A stretch of 60,103 nucleotides of DNA, counting the filler. It is 3 parts of 3 records of this genome, joined end to end, with 100 filler letters (N's around TTAATTAATTAA, not from the genome) between each part and the next. Parts side by side here need not be neighbours in the genome. Positions count along the whole stretch, not along the records: positions 1 to 21,658 come from SRR22947727_1935; 2 more parts are not named here. One strand, 5' to 3'. Both the position numbers and the translations under genes were made by a program. Positions 1 through 14,376 of this stretch are shown here, piece after piece (position 1 is the stretch's first letter; each line of letters begins with the position of its first letter). The notes under the pieces were generated by a model. It did not search any database and was not told the origin of the DNA. It worked only from the letters and a program-made list of their open reading frames with translations.

Positions 1-12
1 GAAGGTTCGAAC

Positions 13-501
13 TTAGCGTTTCGAGAACTGGAAGCTCCGACGGGCTTTGCGCTTACCGAATTTTTTGCGTTCCACGACCCGGCTGTCGCGCGTCAGGAAG
101 CCGGCGGCTTTCAGGGCGCCGCGCAGGCTGGGTTCATAGAGTTGCAAGGCTTTCGAGATGCCGTGTTTCACAGCGCCCGCTTGGCCTGTCAAACCGCCGC
201 CTTTGACTGTGGCAACCACGTCAAATTCGCCTTCAACACCGGCCACCTGCATCGGTTGACGCAAGATCAGCTGCAGAACAGGGCGCGCAAAGTAAGCGTC
301 TTGATCTTTGCCGTTCACAGTCACTTTGCCGGAACCTGGTTTGATCCAGACACGGGCAACCGCGTCTTTACGTTTGCCAGTGGCGTAGCTGCGGCCCAAG
401 TCATCGCGAACAGGTTCCCGAGGCGCTGCGATTTCAACCACAGCAGAGGTGCCTTCGGCGACCGCTGCCAGGTCTTCGAGAGATGTAATTTGATCTGACA
501 T
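13..501 (-). CDS. rpsI: 30S ribosomal protein S9
   Basis: [20 protein letters not shown] and C-terminal RRSFQFSKR; follows rplM. Confidence 0.98.
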   Translation of the reverse strand: MSDQITSLEDLAAVAEGTSAVVEIAAPREPVRDDLGRSYATGKRKDAVARVWIKPGSGKVTVNGKDQDAYFARPVLQLILRQPMQVAGVEGEFDVVATVKGGGLTGQAGAVKHGISKALQLYEPSLRGALKAAGFLTRDSRVVERKKFGKRKARRSFQFSKR

Positions 502-504
502 CGC

Positions 505-963
505 TTATACCCGTGTGTTTTTCTTGTTCATGACTTTTACATCCAATACGTCTGGGGCTTGCGCCTCATGTGGATGCTCGGCGCCTGCATAGACACGCAG
601 ATTGGTCATAATCTGACGCGACAGACGGTTACCTGGCAACATGCGCTTCACAGCTTGTGTCAAAACGCGCTCAGGATACTTGCCCTCCAGGATCGTGCCC
701 GTGGTGCGGGATTTGATCCCACCTGGGTACCCGGTGTGCCAGTAGTTTTCTTTGTTGCGCTTGTTACCCGTCAGCTGAACTTTTTCAGCATTGATCACAA
801 TCACATTGTCGCCCATGTCCATGTGCGGTGTGAAGGTGGCTTTGTGTTTGCCACGCAGGCGCATTGCGATAATCGAAGCCAAACGGCCCAAAACAACGCC
901 TTCGGCGTCGATCAGAATCCATTTTTTGTCGATATCTGCAGGTGTTGCAGAGAAGGTTTTCAT
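505..963 (-). CDS. rplM: 50S ribosomal protein L13
   Basis: [37 protein letters not shown]. Confidence 0.98.
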   Translation of the reverse strand: MKTFSATPADIDKKWILIDAEGVVLGRLASIIAMRLRGKHKATFTPHMDMGDNVIVINAEKVQLTGNKRNKENYWHTGYPGGIKSRTTGTILEGKYPERVLTQAVKRMLPGNRLSRQIMTNLRVYAGAEHPHEAQAPDVLDVKVMNKKNTRV

Positions 964-995
964 TTTTTATACCCATCGAGGTTGGTGATGAGCGG

Positions 996-1023
996 GTTAT
1001 AGAGATTGCCGAGATGCAGTCAA
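996..1023 (-). promoter_or_regulatory. Putative sigma70 promoter of rplM-rpsI
   Basis: Minus strand TTGACT-N16-TATAAC, about 33 bp before the rplM ATG; the -10 lacks the final T, as is common in alphaproteobacterial promoters. Confidence 0.55.
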
Positions 1024-1107
1024 CATCGAAATGCCATAAAAAACCGTTTAAAATCATTATCCTAAAAATAAGGTATTATTTTACCCCAACGCCCAGCCTG
1101 CCCCCCC

Positions 1108-1530
1108 TCACCCATCACGCGGAATGGCATAGGTCAGATTGGCGCGGGCCACCGGCTGGGTTTGGTCCGCTGAATAGATCATACTCTGACACACAGCCAG
1201 GGATCGGCCAAGTTTGACCACCTCATTTTTGCACAGTAAATCCGCGCCAGCGCTGGGTTTGCGCATGAAATCAATCCCGCAATTTGTGGTCACCGCTAAG
1301 GCTTTTGGGCCGATCAGCGCAAGAATATGCAAATAGGCCGCCACATCAGCCAAAGCGAACATTGACGGACCCGAGACGGTGCCACCCGGACGCAGATGCT
1401 TGTCCTGCACATGAAGTGCCACGTCCAGCCGCTCCGTGCTCAGGTCTGTAATTTCGAATTCATCCGCCACTTGCGGAAATTCGAGCAGCAAAAAAGCCTT
1501 CAGTTCCGCAGCGTTCATTTTAAGTGCCAT
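1108..1530 (-). CDS. PaaI family thioesterase
   Basis: HLRPGGTVSGPSMFALAD and KLGRSLAV hotdog-fold motifs. Confidence 0.9.
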   Translation of the reverse strand: MALKMNAAELKAFLLLEFPQVADEFEITDLSTERLDVALHVQDKHLRPGGTVSGPSMFALADVAAYLHILALIGPKALAVTTNCGIDFMRKPSAGADLLCKNEVVKLGRSLAVCQSMIYSADQTQPVARANLTYAIPRDG

Positions 1531-1584
1531 TGTCGCGCTCCTTAGCTTTTGGTTATGGTGACGAGGAAGTTAATGGAGAGCAAG

Positions 1585-2373
1585 ATGGCAATTTTGACAC
1601 GCCGCGACGAAAACGCCGTCGCCTACCTTACAATGAATGCACCTGAGCGGCTCAATGCGCTCTCGGACGAGATGCTTGCCGCGCTTCAAAACACATTGAA
1701 CGCATTGAAATCAGATAAAACGATCCGGGCGGTGGTGCTGGCTGGAACTGGGAAAGCCTTCTGCGCCGGCCATGATCTCAAGCAAATGACTGCGGCACGG
1801 CAAAATGCCGATGGCGGCGCTGCGGCCTTTAAGGATCTATTTGATCGCTGTGCAACCTTCATGCAAACTGTGCAAGAAATCCCCCAGCCAGTGATTGCCC
1901 AGGTTCATGGGATCGCAACCGCTGCAGGCTGTCAGTTGGTGGCCAGTTGTGATTTGGCCATTGCAGCGGAGGGCACGAGGTTCGGAGTGAATGGCGTCAA
2001 TATCGGCCTGTTTTGCTCAACGCCCATGGTGGCGCTCTCGCGCAACATTGCCCGCAAACGCGCATTCGAAATGTTGGTCACTGGCGAATTTATGACGGCC
2101 GATGAGGCCAAACACGCCGGCCTGATCAATCGCGTGGTGCCGGAAATTGAGCTTGCCCCCAGCGCCCGCGCCTTGGCAGAGCTCATCGCATCCAAACTCG
2201 GCTCTGCGGTCAAGACCGGCAAAACCGCCTTCTACCAGCAAATTCAGATGCCACTAGACCAAGCCTATGCCTACACCGGCAACGTCATGGTGGAGAATAT
2301 GCTGAACCGGGACACTGAGGAAGGGATTGCCGCCTTTATTGAGAAACGCGATCCCAATTGGTCGCAAGACTGA
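1585..2373 (+). CDS. Enoyl-CoA hydratase (crotonase family)
   Basis: [36 protein letters not shown] 1585 chosen after a GGAGAG RBS. Confidence 0.9.
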   Translation: MAILTRRDENAVAYLTMNAPERLNALSDEMLAALQNTLNALKSDKTIRAVVLAGTGKAFCAGHDLKQMTAARQNADGGAAAFKDLFDRCATFMQTVQEIPQPVIAQVHGIATAAGCQLVASCDLAIAAEGTRFGVNGVNIGLFCSTPMVALSRNIARKRAFEMLVTGEFMTADEAKHAGLINRVVPEIELAPSARALAELIASKLGSAVKTGKTAFYQQIQMPLDQAYAYTGNVMVENMLNRDTEEGIAAFIEKRDPNWSQD

Positions 2374-2413
2374 GCCCTTCCCTTCTGCCGCGCATGCCAT
2401 TACATCGCCTGCC

Positions 2414-3751
2414 ATGACACAAAGATTAAACATCATCGGCGGCGGCATGGCCGGTTGCGAAGCGGCATGGCAAGCAGCACAGCTTGGCGTGCCGGTGACG
2501 ATTTACGAAATGCGCCCAAAGGTGGAGACCTTTGCCCATCAAACCGGTGATTTGGGTGAGATGGTATGCTCCAACTCCTTCCGTTCGGATGATGACGAGC
2601 AAAACGCCGTGGGTTTGGTGCATTGGGAGATGCGGGCCGCGGGCAGCCTCATTATGGCCACGGCTGATAAGCATCGCATACCCGCAGGCGGTGCTTTGGC
2701 GGTGGATCGCGAACCCTATGCCAAAAGCATCACGGCGGCGATCCATGCGCATCCTTTAATTAACGTCACCTATGACGAAATCACCCATCTGCCCGATCAG
2801 GGGCAGTGGATTGTAGCCACGGGACCGTTGACCTCTGGCGCATTGGCCGAGGCGATACAGGCGGAGACGGGGTCAGAGGCCCTGGCCTTTTTCGATGCAA
2901 TTGCACCGATCATCTATGCCGACAGCATCGACATGAGCCGCGCTTGGATGCAGTCGCGCTATGACAAGGGCGAAACCGAAGAAGAGCGCACAGCCTATCT
3001 CAACTGCCCGATGAGCAAAGCGCAATATGAGGCCTTCATCGATGCGCTGCTCGAGGCCGAGAAAACCGAGTTCAAACCAGGTGAAACAGCCGGGTATTTT
3101 GACGGCTGCCTTCCGATTGAGGTCATGGCCGAACGTGGCCGCGAAACCCTGCGCTTTGGCCCGATGAAGCCGGTTGGGCTGTGCAACGCCCATGATCCAG
3201 AGAATAAGCCCTACGCGGTGGTGCAACTGCGCCGGGACAACGCTTTGGGCACGCTGTTTAATATTGTCGGGTTTCAAACCAAGATGAAATATGGCGCGCA
3301 AACCCGCGTATTGCGTATGATCCCAGGCCTGGAAGAGGCGGAATTTGCAAGATTGGGCGGGATTCACCGCAATTCCTTCATCAACTCCCCCACCCTGCTC
3401 ACGCCGCAAATGCAGCTAAAAAGCAAGCCCAATATCCGTTTTGCTGGGCAAATTACGGGCGTTGAGGGCTATGTCGAAAGCGCGGCCATGGGCATGGTGG
3501 CGGGCCGTATGGCGGCCGCGGAACTCTCAGGTCACACTCAGCCGCCGCCGGGACCCGATACCGGTTGTGGCGCATTGATCACCCACATCACGGGCGGCGC
3601 TGTGGCTAAGACCTTCCAACCGATGAATGTAAACTTCGGGCTTTTTCCACCAATTGATACGGTCAAGGGCGGACGCAAGCGGCGCAAGGAGCGCTACAAA
3701 GCCTATACGGACCGTGCCAAAGAGACGTTTTCAGCCTGGCTGGAGCGATAA
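2414..3751 (+). CDS. trmFO: Methylenetetrahydrofolate-tRNA (uracil-54) methyltransferase TrmFO
   Basis: [54 protein letters not shown]. Confidence 0.96.
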   Translation: MTQRLNIIGGGMAGCEAAWQAAQLGVPVTIYEMRPKVETFAHQTGDLGEMVCSNSFRSDDDEQNAVGLVHWEMRAAGSLIMATADKHRIPAGGALAVDREPYAKSITAAIHAHPLINVTYDEITHLPDQGQWIVATGPLTSGALAEAIQAETGSEALAFFDAIAPIIYADSIDMSRAWMQSRYDKGETEEERTAYLNCPMSKAQYEAFIDALLEAEKTEFKPGETAGYFDGCLPIEVMAERGRETLRFGPMKPVGLCNAHDPENKPYAVVQLRRDNALGTLFNIVGFQTKMKYGAQTRVLRMIPGLEEAEFARLGGIHRNSFINSPTLLTPQMQLKSKPNIRFAGQITGVEGYVESAAMGMVAGRMAAAELSGHTQPPPGPDTGCGALITHITGGAVAKTFQPMNVNFGLFPPIDTVKGGRKRRKERYKAYTDRAKETFSAWLER

Positions 3752-3789
3752 TCTCTTGCCAAAACAGCACCAAACTCTAGGCTATCGCC

Positions 3790-4413
3790 ATGACGCAGGA
3801 TCGCAATTTACCCACTAAATTCCCTCTCTGGGTGCCACGCCCGGTAGAAGAAACTTTGGAAATCTATGCCGATTGGGCCTCTCATTATGATGAGGATTTG
3901 GCCGAAGCCGGCTATGACACCCCGCGCCGCATTGCCGCGGCTTTAAAACCCTATGTGCAGCTGAATGACCGTATTTTAGATTTCGGCTGCGGCACCGGTC
4001 TGTCTGGCTTCGCGCTGCAAAATGCCGGATTTACAAATATTGATGGATTGGACATCTCAGCGCCCATGCTTGAAAAAGCCAGGGCGCGAGCGCTCTACAC
4101 CAACCTTTGGCAAGGGCGCCCTGGTGAGATCACCGGTGTGACGGAAGGGCAATATTCGGTGATCATCGCTGCGGGCGTTGTTTCCCTCGGCGCCGCGCCG
4201 CCTGAAACTTTGAGCCTGATCATTGATCACCTAACGCCCGGCGGGGTCATCGGCCTGTCCTTTAATGACCCCACTGTCGCCCATGGCAGCTATGATGCTG
4301 TTTTGAAGACTGAGATTAACCAAGGTCGCGTCGAGCTGATGTATCGAGAAAATGGCTTGCACCTGCGAGAGCCCCCAATGGGCTCGGATGTTCTGATCTT
4401 GAGGCGCCTGTGA
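3790..4413 (+). CDS. Class I SAM-dependent methyltransferase
   Basis: ILDFGCGTGLSG and DGLDIS SAM-binding motifs. Confidence 0.88.
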   Translation: MTQDRNLPTKFPLWVPRPVEETLEIYADWASHYDEDLAEAGYDTPRRIAAALKPYVQLNDRILDFGCGTGLSGFALQNAGFTNIDGLDISAPMLEKARARALYTNLWQGRPGEITGVTEGQYSVIIAAGVVSLGAAPPETLSLIIDHLTPGGVIGLSFNDPTVAHGSYDAVLKTEINQGRVELMYRENGLHLREPPMGSDVLILRRL

Positions 4414-5279
4414 TCCGCACACGCTTTGCCCCCTCTCCCACGGGCCCGCTGCATCTTGGACATGCCTATTCAGCCATCACGGCTCATGATTTCGCCCGCC
4501 GCCAGGGCGGCATGTTTTTGCTTAGGATGGAAGATCTTGATCAAAGCCGCGCGCGGCCTGAATGGGAGGCGCAGATCTTTGATGACTTGGCCTGGCTCGG
4601 CCTGACCTGGGACGGGCCTGTATTGCGCCAAGCCACACGCAGCGCGGCCTATGAGGCGGCTCTCACAGCACTTTTAGGGCGCGGGCTGATCTATGGATGT
4701 AAATGCAGCCGCCGCGATATTGCACAGGCTGCGTCAGCACCCCAAGAAGGTACACCGCCCAATTGGGGACCCGATGGGCAGGTCTATCCTGGGACCTGTC
4801 GTCCACATATAGCCGGCCATCTCCTTGCTGGGCCGGCGCGGCGGCTGGATATGGCGGCTGCGCTGGCGGGCTGCTCTGAGATCGCGTTTCAAGAGCTTTC
4901 AGATGACCTCATAACACCAATTGATCACATTAATAATGTCGATCATTTTGTTGATAATATTGGAGATGCTGTATTGGCCCGCAGTGATGGTGCCGCAGCA
5001 TATCATCTTGCGGTCGTGGTGGATGATGCAGCGCAAGACATCACCCATGTGGTGCGGGGTGCCGATCTGCTGAGCGCCACACCCATTCATGCCTTATTGC
5101 AACACCTCCTGGGCTACGCAAAGCCGATCTACCATCACCACGCCCTCATTCGAGATTCCAACGGTAAGCGCCTCGCCAAGCGAGATGACGCCAAAGCCAT
5201 TGCAAAATTCCGAAGCGAAGGGGCGAGTCCTGACGATATCCGCGCGATGGTCGGGCTGCCGACACGCTCCAATTCATGA
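4410..5279 (+). CDS. gluQ: Glutamyl-Q tRNA(Asp) synthetase
   Basis: TRFAPSPTG.LHLGH, CxC...YxxxC, short GluRS lacking the anticodon domain, RLAKR. Confidence 0.92.
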   Translation: MIRTRFAPSPTGPLHLGHAYSAITAHDFARRQGGMFLLRMEDLDQSRARPEWEAQIFDDLAWLGLTWDGPVLRQATRSAAYEAALTALLGRGLIYGCKCSRRDIAQAASAPQEGTPPNWGPDGQVYPGTCRPHIAGHLLAGPARRLDMAAALAGCSEIAFQELSDDLITPIDHINNVDHFVDNIGDAVLARSDGAAAYHLAVVVDDAAQDITHVVRGADLLSATPIHALLQHLLGYAKPIYHHHALIRDSNGKRLAKRDDAKAIAKFRSEGASPDDIRAMVGLPTRSNS

Positions 5280-5296
5280 TCTTATTGTAATATATT

Positions 5297-5653
5297 TCAG
5301 ACAATTGGCTGACTTAATTCACGCGGATCACCCATGATAACCGACGTATAAAAGCAGCTGCGGCGATTGGTGTGGCAGGCCGGTCCTTCCTGCCTCACGA
5401 TCGCCAAAAGGCAATCTTGATCGCAATCGTACCGCAGATCGACCAATGTCTGCCGGTGTCCGCTGGTTGCCCCTTTCACCCAAAAACTCTGCCGTGACCG
5501 GGACCAATAGGTCACGCTGCGGCTGCGCAAGGTTTCGGTCACCGCTTCCGCATTCATCCAAGCCAACATTAAAACTTCATGCGTCTCAGCGCATTGAGCA
5601 ATCACCGGCAACAGTCCGTTGGCATCATATTTTAACGTTTGCGGGTCGAACAT
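5297..5653 (-). CDS. hisI: Phosphoribosyl-AMP cyclohydrolase
   Basis: YWSRSR..W.KG.TSG, DCDQDCLL, ACHTNRRSCF; start after AGGAGG RBS. Confidence 0.96.
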   Translation of the reverse strand: MFDPQTLKYDANGLLPVIAQCAETHEVLMLAWMNAEAVTETLRSRSVTYWSRSRQSFWVKGATSGHRQTLVDLRYDCDQDCLLAIVRQEGPACHTNRRSCFYTSVIMGDPRELSQPIV

Positions 5654-5720
5654 GTCAGACCTCCTCTTGCATTTCACTTCTGCGGCTTATCTATTGGGTG
5701 CAACGGGGAATGTCCAAACA

Positions 5721-6173
5721 ATGACAGAACAAATTGAGTTGATCAAACTTTATTCCACACGCATTCTCGCCCTCGCAGCGCAGATGCCGCATGTGGGCAG
5801 TCTGGACAATCCAGACGCCAGCGCCATGAAACGCTCGCCGCTTTGTGGATCGAAGGTGACGGTTGATGTCATTATGCAAAATGGCAAAATTACTGAATTT
5901 GCGCAAAATGTGAAAGCCTGCGCCCTTGGCCAAGCGGCGGCAAGTGTAGCGGCGCAAAACATCATTGGCCGCACCGCTGAAGAGGTGGTGCGCGCGCGCG
6001 ATGAGCTGGCTGCGATGCTTAAATCCGGAGGGCCACCGCCCGGCCCACCGTTTGACGGTTTTGAGGTGCTCGCGCCCGCTTCTGAGTATAAGAACCGACA
6101 CGCAAGCATTCTTTTATCGCTCGACGCCACAGCCGTGGCTTGCGCCAGCATCGCTGCACAAAATTCAGCATAA
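5721..6173 (+). CDS. IscU/NifU_N-like Fe-S scaffold family protein
   Basis: SPLCGS and VKACALGQA motifs. Confidence 0.85.
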   Translation: MTEQIELIKLYSTRILALAAQMPHVGSLDNPDASAMKRSPLCGSKVTVDVIMQNGKITEFAQNVKACALGQAAASVAAQNIIGRTAEEVVRARDELAAMLKSGGPPPGPPFDGFEVLAPASEYKNRHASILLSLDATAVACASIAAQNSA

Positions 6174-6185
6174 TCCGATATATTG

Positions 6186-6201
6186 TTAACGCAGAATTAA
6201 C
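6186..6201 (+). promoter_or_regulatory. CtrA binding site (full consensus)
   Basis: TTAA-CGCAGAA-TTAAC = TTAA-N7-TTAAC, 76 bp upstream of the Hint-domain gene; ctrA is on the same contig. Confidence 0.7.
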
Positions 6202-6276
6202 CAGTTGAAGACACATTGACTGCAAATTTAATCAATTTTTTGATTAATTATCTTTATAACATAAAGCGCAGTCACA

Positions 6277-7302
6277 ATGCCCGACCATACTCTGCATGCA
6301 ATCGATGGCACTGCACCCAATGTTTGGGGGGGTGGATTCACTTGGAGAAACACAGGATCGTTCACCTATGACGAGGCCAATACGCAAATCGACACCCTCG
6401 TGTTTACCGATAGTGATGCACAGCTGACAATTACGGATACCAGCTTAGAGCTGCTAAAATCGCTGAATGGTATCATCCACAATAGCAACGCAAGAGTAGG
6501 TGGGTCTTGGACGGTCACTGGCTCGGACGGAACGAGCTTCAAGGTTTGGCGCATGCTCGCGCCGTCTCAAGTGGAGGGCTACTTGCTTTTCACGCAAGAT
6601 CTAACGGATGGGGTGACCTACAGCCTTTCGAACTTCTCTTTGGGCGATCCTATGCCCTATGCGCAGATCGCTCAGCAAACTACGCCCTGTTTTACTGCGG
6701 GAACTTGGATTGACACCCCGGCCGGTGCAAGGCGCGTAGAAACGCTCTGTGTGGGCGATCTTGTGCGCACCCGGCACCACGGTCCACAAACCATCCGTTG
6801 GATCGGGAGAAGATCGGTAAAACTCGCACCCTATTTCCCCAAAGACAAATTAAGACCCATCGAAATTTCCATCGGTGCCTTAGGCCAGGGTCTGCCTCGT
6901 GAGCCCCTACGCCTGTCCCGCCAACATCGGGTTTTGATGTCATCGCCCATCAATCAGCGCATGTTTGGCACGCAGGACAGCTTGATTGCCGCGGTAAAGC
7001 TCACAGATTTTCCGGGAATTCATATCGACACAGATTGCACTGAAGTGACATATATTCACCTCTTATTTGATCAACATGAGGTGATATTTGCCAATGGTGC
7101 GCCCTGCGAGAGCCTGCATACCGGCCCGGAGGCGATCAAATCCATTTTCCCAGCCGCCCGCGCAGAACTGTTTGCTATATTTCCAGAACTGATGACCGCG
7201 CCAAATCAGCGCCGCTTGGCCGCGCTTTGCCCCGAAAACCGCCAGCAGCGGCAGCTGATTGCTCGTCACAAGAAGAACAAAAAACCTCTGCTCTGCCTTT
7301 AA
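6277..7302 (+). CDS. Hint (Hedgehog/intein-like, BIL) domain protein
   Basis: PCFTAGT.I.T..G...VE.L..GD.V.T, LSRQHRVL, Y.HLLFDQHEVIFANGA.CES; about 135-aa variable beta-rich N-terminus. Confidence 0.92.
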   Translation: MPDHTLHAIDGTAPNVWGGGFTWRNTGSFTYDEANTQIDTLVFTDSDAQLTITDTSLELLKSLNGIIHNSNARVGGSWTVTGSDGTSFKVWRMLAPSQVEGYLLFTQDLTDGVTYSLSNFSLGDPMPYAQIAQQTTPCFTAGTWIDTPAGARRVETLCVGDLVRTRHHGPQTIRWIGRRSVKLAPYFPKDKLRPIEISIGALGQGLPREPLRLSRQHRVLMSSPINQRMFGTQDSLIAAVKLTDFPGIHIDTDCTEVTYIHLLFDQHEVIFANGAPCESLHTGPEAIKSIFPAARAELFAIFPELMTAPNQRRLAALCPENRQQRQLIARHKKNKKPLLCL

Positions 7303-7353
7303 CACGTCACGCTTCCACCTTATTCAAGAGGCGCATTGCATCTGTGCCCTCGG

Positions 7354-7497
7354 CTAGAGGGTCGGGATAAACAGACCGATATAAAGCATCGCGATGATTG
7401 CGAATGCACCAATCGCATCCTTGATCGCCTCTTTGGTTTCCAAGCGGCGCGCTTCCTCGGCATTTGATTTACGGGCGTTTGAGAAAAAGTTGTCCAT
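7354..7497 (-). CDS. Small (47 aa) protein with C-terminal hydrophobic helix, putatively SOS-regulated
   Basis: GGAG RBS before ATG 7497; ends AIGAFAIIAMLYIGLFIPTL; LexA box upstream. Confidence 0.6.
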   Translation of the reverse strand: MDNFFSNARKSNAEEARRLETKEAIKDAIGAFAIIAMLYIGLFIPTL

Positions 7498-7557
7498 ATT
7501 CTGCTCCCATTTATTTATTGTTGCCACTTTGTTCTCACAGGACTGCATGCATGTAAA

Positions 7558-7572
7558 GAACTTTTATAGAAC
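7558..7572 (-). promoter_or_regulatory. Alphaproteobacterial LexA (SOS) box
   Basis: GAAC-TTTTATA-GAAC (GAAC-N7-GAAC), plus a third GAAC at 7579-7582. Confidence 0.72.
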
Positions 7573-7589
7573 ATTTGCGAACAAAATAT

Positions 7590-11824
<4,235 letters not shown>

Positions 11825-12047
11825 CTAAGGATTGGATCCGATCCCGTCCAGAGGCCTTATGCTGTGAATTATGTACGGCTTTGGCCGATGCAGGGGCTGG
11901 ATTCTGTCGTGCCACACGGTGATTTGCGTTCATACATCGTAAAGCGACGTCAATGTCACAGGGTTTCTGACACCATCCACATTTGTCATCTTGCCGAAGT
12001 GTGAGGCCCAGAATGTTGACCGTCACGGCAAGCCATGCCTGAGCCTC

Positions 12048-12761
12048 TTAGGCCGAAATTGCCATATCTTGCGCCGCATCATCGGGCTTTCGGTCACGCA
12101 ACACATATCCGCGCCCCCAGACGGTTTCGATGTGATTTTCGCGCCCAGTGGCTTCGCTTAATTTCTTTCTCAATTTACAGATGAATACATCAATGATTTT
12201 TAGCTCAGGCTCATCCATGCCACCGTAGAGATGGTTTAAGAACATTCCCTTAGTAAGTGTCGTGCCTTTGCGCAGACTCAACAGCTCCAGTATTTGATAT
12301 TCCTTACCGGTCAGATGCACAGTATTCCCGCGCACTTCCACGGTTTTTCCGTCCAAATTCACCTCTATATCGCCAGTTTTGATGATCGATTGCGAATGCC
12401 CTTTTGAGCGGCGAATGATCGCGTGAATCCGTGCGATCAATTCCTCCCGGTGAAACGGTTTGGTCAGATAATCATCCGCCCCAGAGCCAAACCCGCGCAT
12501 TTTATTCTCAGTATCGGTCTCGCCAGACAGGATCAGAATCGGGGTATCAATCCGAGCAACACGCAACTGGCGCAACACATCATGCCCATTAATATCAGGC
12601 AAAACCAAGTCGAGCAAAATCAGGTCGTAATCATAGAGTTTGGCCAAATCAATGCCCTCTTCCCCCAGATCCGTCGTGTAGACGTTGAAATTCGCATGCC
12701 CCAGCATGAGTTCAATACTTTTCGACGTGGCAGGATCATCTTCAATCAAAAGTATTCGCAT
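12048..12761 (-). CDS. ctrA: Response regulator CtrA
   Basis: [57 protein letters not shown]; sciP-ctrA-ligA-recG synteny. Confidence 0.96.
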   Translation of the reverse strand: MRILLIEDDPATSKSIELMLGHANFNVYTTDLGEEGIDLAKLYDYDLILLDLVLPDINGHDVLRQLRVARIDTPILILSGETDTENKMRGFGSGADDYLTKPFHREELIARIHAIIRRSKGHSQSIIKTGDIEVNLDGKTVEVRGNTVHLTGKEYQILELLSLRKGTTLTKGMFLNHLYGGMDEPELKIIDVFICKLRKKLSEATGRENHIETVWGRGYVLRDRKPDDAAQDMAISA

Positions 12762-12803
12762 AAAAATCCCCAATAACAGCTAAATACATCCTGAAATAAA
12801 CTG

Positions 12804-12819
12804 GTTAATTTAATGTTAC
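12804..12819 (-). promoter_or_regulatory. CtrA box upstream of ctrA (autoregulation)
   Basis: Minus strand GTAA-CATTAAA-TTAAC, one mismatch to TTAA-N7-TTAAC. Confidence 0.55.
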
Positions 12820-12841
12820 CCATAAACACTATTTCTGTAAA

Positions 12842-13126
12842 CTATTGATCAAATTGGCGATACTTTTTCAACGCCGTGGCGCGCAGCGCTGACTCCCCGT
12901 GCCGGGCCACAGCTGTTTGCCAGCTGCTATATTCATCTTGGGTCAAGTCGTAGAGGCTACAGGCCTCCTCCAATGAAATCAGCCCAAACCGCACGGCTTT
13001 CACGACAGTCGCCTTGCGCGAGGCGACCCAGCGTTTTGTTGTGGGGGGCGGCAGGTCACCGCGACTCAAAAATCCGCCATCGGGCAATTGAACCGTGCGT
13101 GGACCGCGAACCTTGCGAATATGCAT
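12842..13126 (-). CDS. sciP: CtrA inhibitor SciP (DUF1153)
   Basis: LPP..T.RWVASRKA.VV.AV..GL, immediately upstream of ctrA. Confidence 0.92.
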   Translation of the reverse strand: MHIRKVRGPRTVQLPDGGFLSRGDLPPPTTKRWVASRKATVVKAVRFGLISLEEACSLYDLTQDEYSSWQTAVARHGESALRATALKKYRQFDQ

Positions 13127-13237
13127 GTGCAGGTTTCTTTCTCGCGGCCAATGGACTGCAAAGCACTTAAAGTGTTGTGAAGCGCGCGATTTTTGTTATT
13201 ATAATTTTGCTAAATTCTGCAGGACTGAGCACCTCCC

Positions 13238-14374
13238 ATGAGCCATAAAACCCCTTTAAATTCCCTTGGTTTTGCCAAGGCGCCCGAAGACACGCGGGTG
13301 GTTGTTGCCATGTCAGGCGGGGTTGATAGCTCGGTTGTTGCGGCCGAATTGGCGGCGCAAGGCTATGATGTTGTTGGCATTACGCTCCAACTTTATGACC
13401 ATGGAGCAGCACTCGCTAAAAAGGGTGCATGTTGCGCTGGCCGCGACATTCACGACGCGCGCCGCGTGGCGGAAGAGCTCAATTTTCCGCATTACGTTTT
13501 GGACTATGAGAACAAATTTCGCGAAGCGGTTATCGACGATTTTGCCGAAAGCTACCTGGCTGGGGCGACACCCGTGCCCTGTATTCGCTGCAATGAGCGT
13601 GTGAAATTCAAAGATTTGTTGCAAACGGCCAAAGATCTTGACGCAGATTGCATGGCCACGGGCCATTACATCCAACGCAAAATCGGCCCAACGGGTGCGC
13701 AATTGCATATGGCCGCAGATCACAATCGCGATCAAAGTTACTTTCTATTTTCAACCACGACCGAGCAGCTCGAATATCTGAGATTCCCGCTGGGGCATTT
13801 GACCTCCAAGGCTGAAACGCGCGCTCTGGCGAGCAAATACTGCCTTGGTGTGGCCGATAAACCTGACAGCCAAGATATTTGCTTTGTACCAGATGGTAAC
13901 TACGCGGCGGTCATTGAAAAGCTGCATCCAGGCTCCGCACAACCCGGTGACATTGTCGATCAGAGCGGCAAAGTTCTGGGGACCCATGAGGGCATTATCC
14001 ATTATACCATTGGCCAAAGACGCGGTCTTGGCATCGGTGGATTGACTGATCCCATCTATGTGGTCCGTTTGGATATCGAAAACCGGCATGTGGTGGTTGG
14101 ACCGAAAGAGATGCTGGCGACACGGCACGTGCGCCTTAAGGAAGTCAATTGGCTTGGCGACAAGCCTTTGACTGACCAAGCCGAGTGGAGCATCGCCGCA
14201 AAAGTCCGCTCCACCCGCCCGCCACGCGACGCGGTTCTGCGCCCATTGTCGGAAACCGAAGCGGTGGTAGAGCTGATGATGGCCGAAGAGGGTGTGGCGC
14301 CGGGGCAGGCTTGCGTTTTCTATGATCCCGATGGCAGCCGGGTTTTGGGCGGTGGTTGGATCACCCGGGATTGA
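13238..14374 (+). CDS. mnmA: tRNA 2-thiouridine(34) synthase MnmA
   Basis: [44 protein letters not shown]. Confidence 0.97.
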   Translation: MSHKTPLNSLGFAKAPEDTRVVVAMSGGVDSSVVAAELAAQGYDVVGITLQLYDHGAALAKKGACCAGRDIHDARRVAEELNFPHYVLDYENKFREAVIDDFAESYLAGATPVPCIRCNERVKFKDLLQTAKDLDADCMATGHYIQRKIGPTGAQLHMAADHNRDQSYFLFSTTTEQLEYLRFPLGHLTSKAETRALASKYCLGVADKPDSQDICFVPDGNYAAVIEKLHPGSAQPGDIVDQSGKVLGTHEGIIHYTIGQRRGLGIGGLTDPIYVVRLDIENRHVVVGPKEMLATRHVRLKEVNWLGDKPLTDQAEWSIAAKVRSTRPPRDAVLRPLSETEAVVELMMAEEGVAPGQACVFYDPDGSRVLGGGWITRD

Positions 14375-14376
14375 GA

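Noticed and set aside
6277-7302. Hint domain as a true intein or mobile element
   Set aside because: No host extein, homing endonuclease or terminal His-Asn; fits a BIL-type domain.
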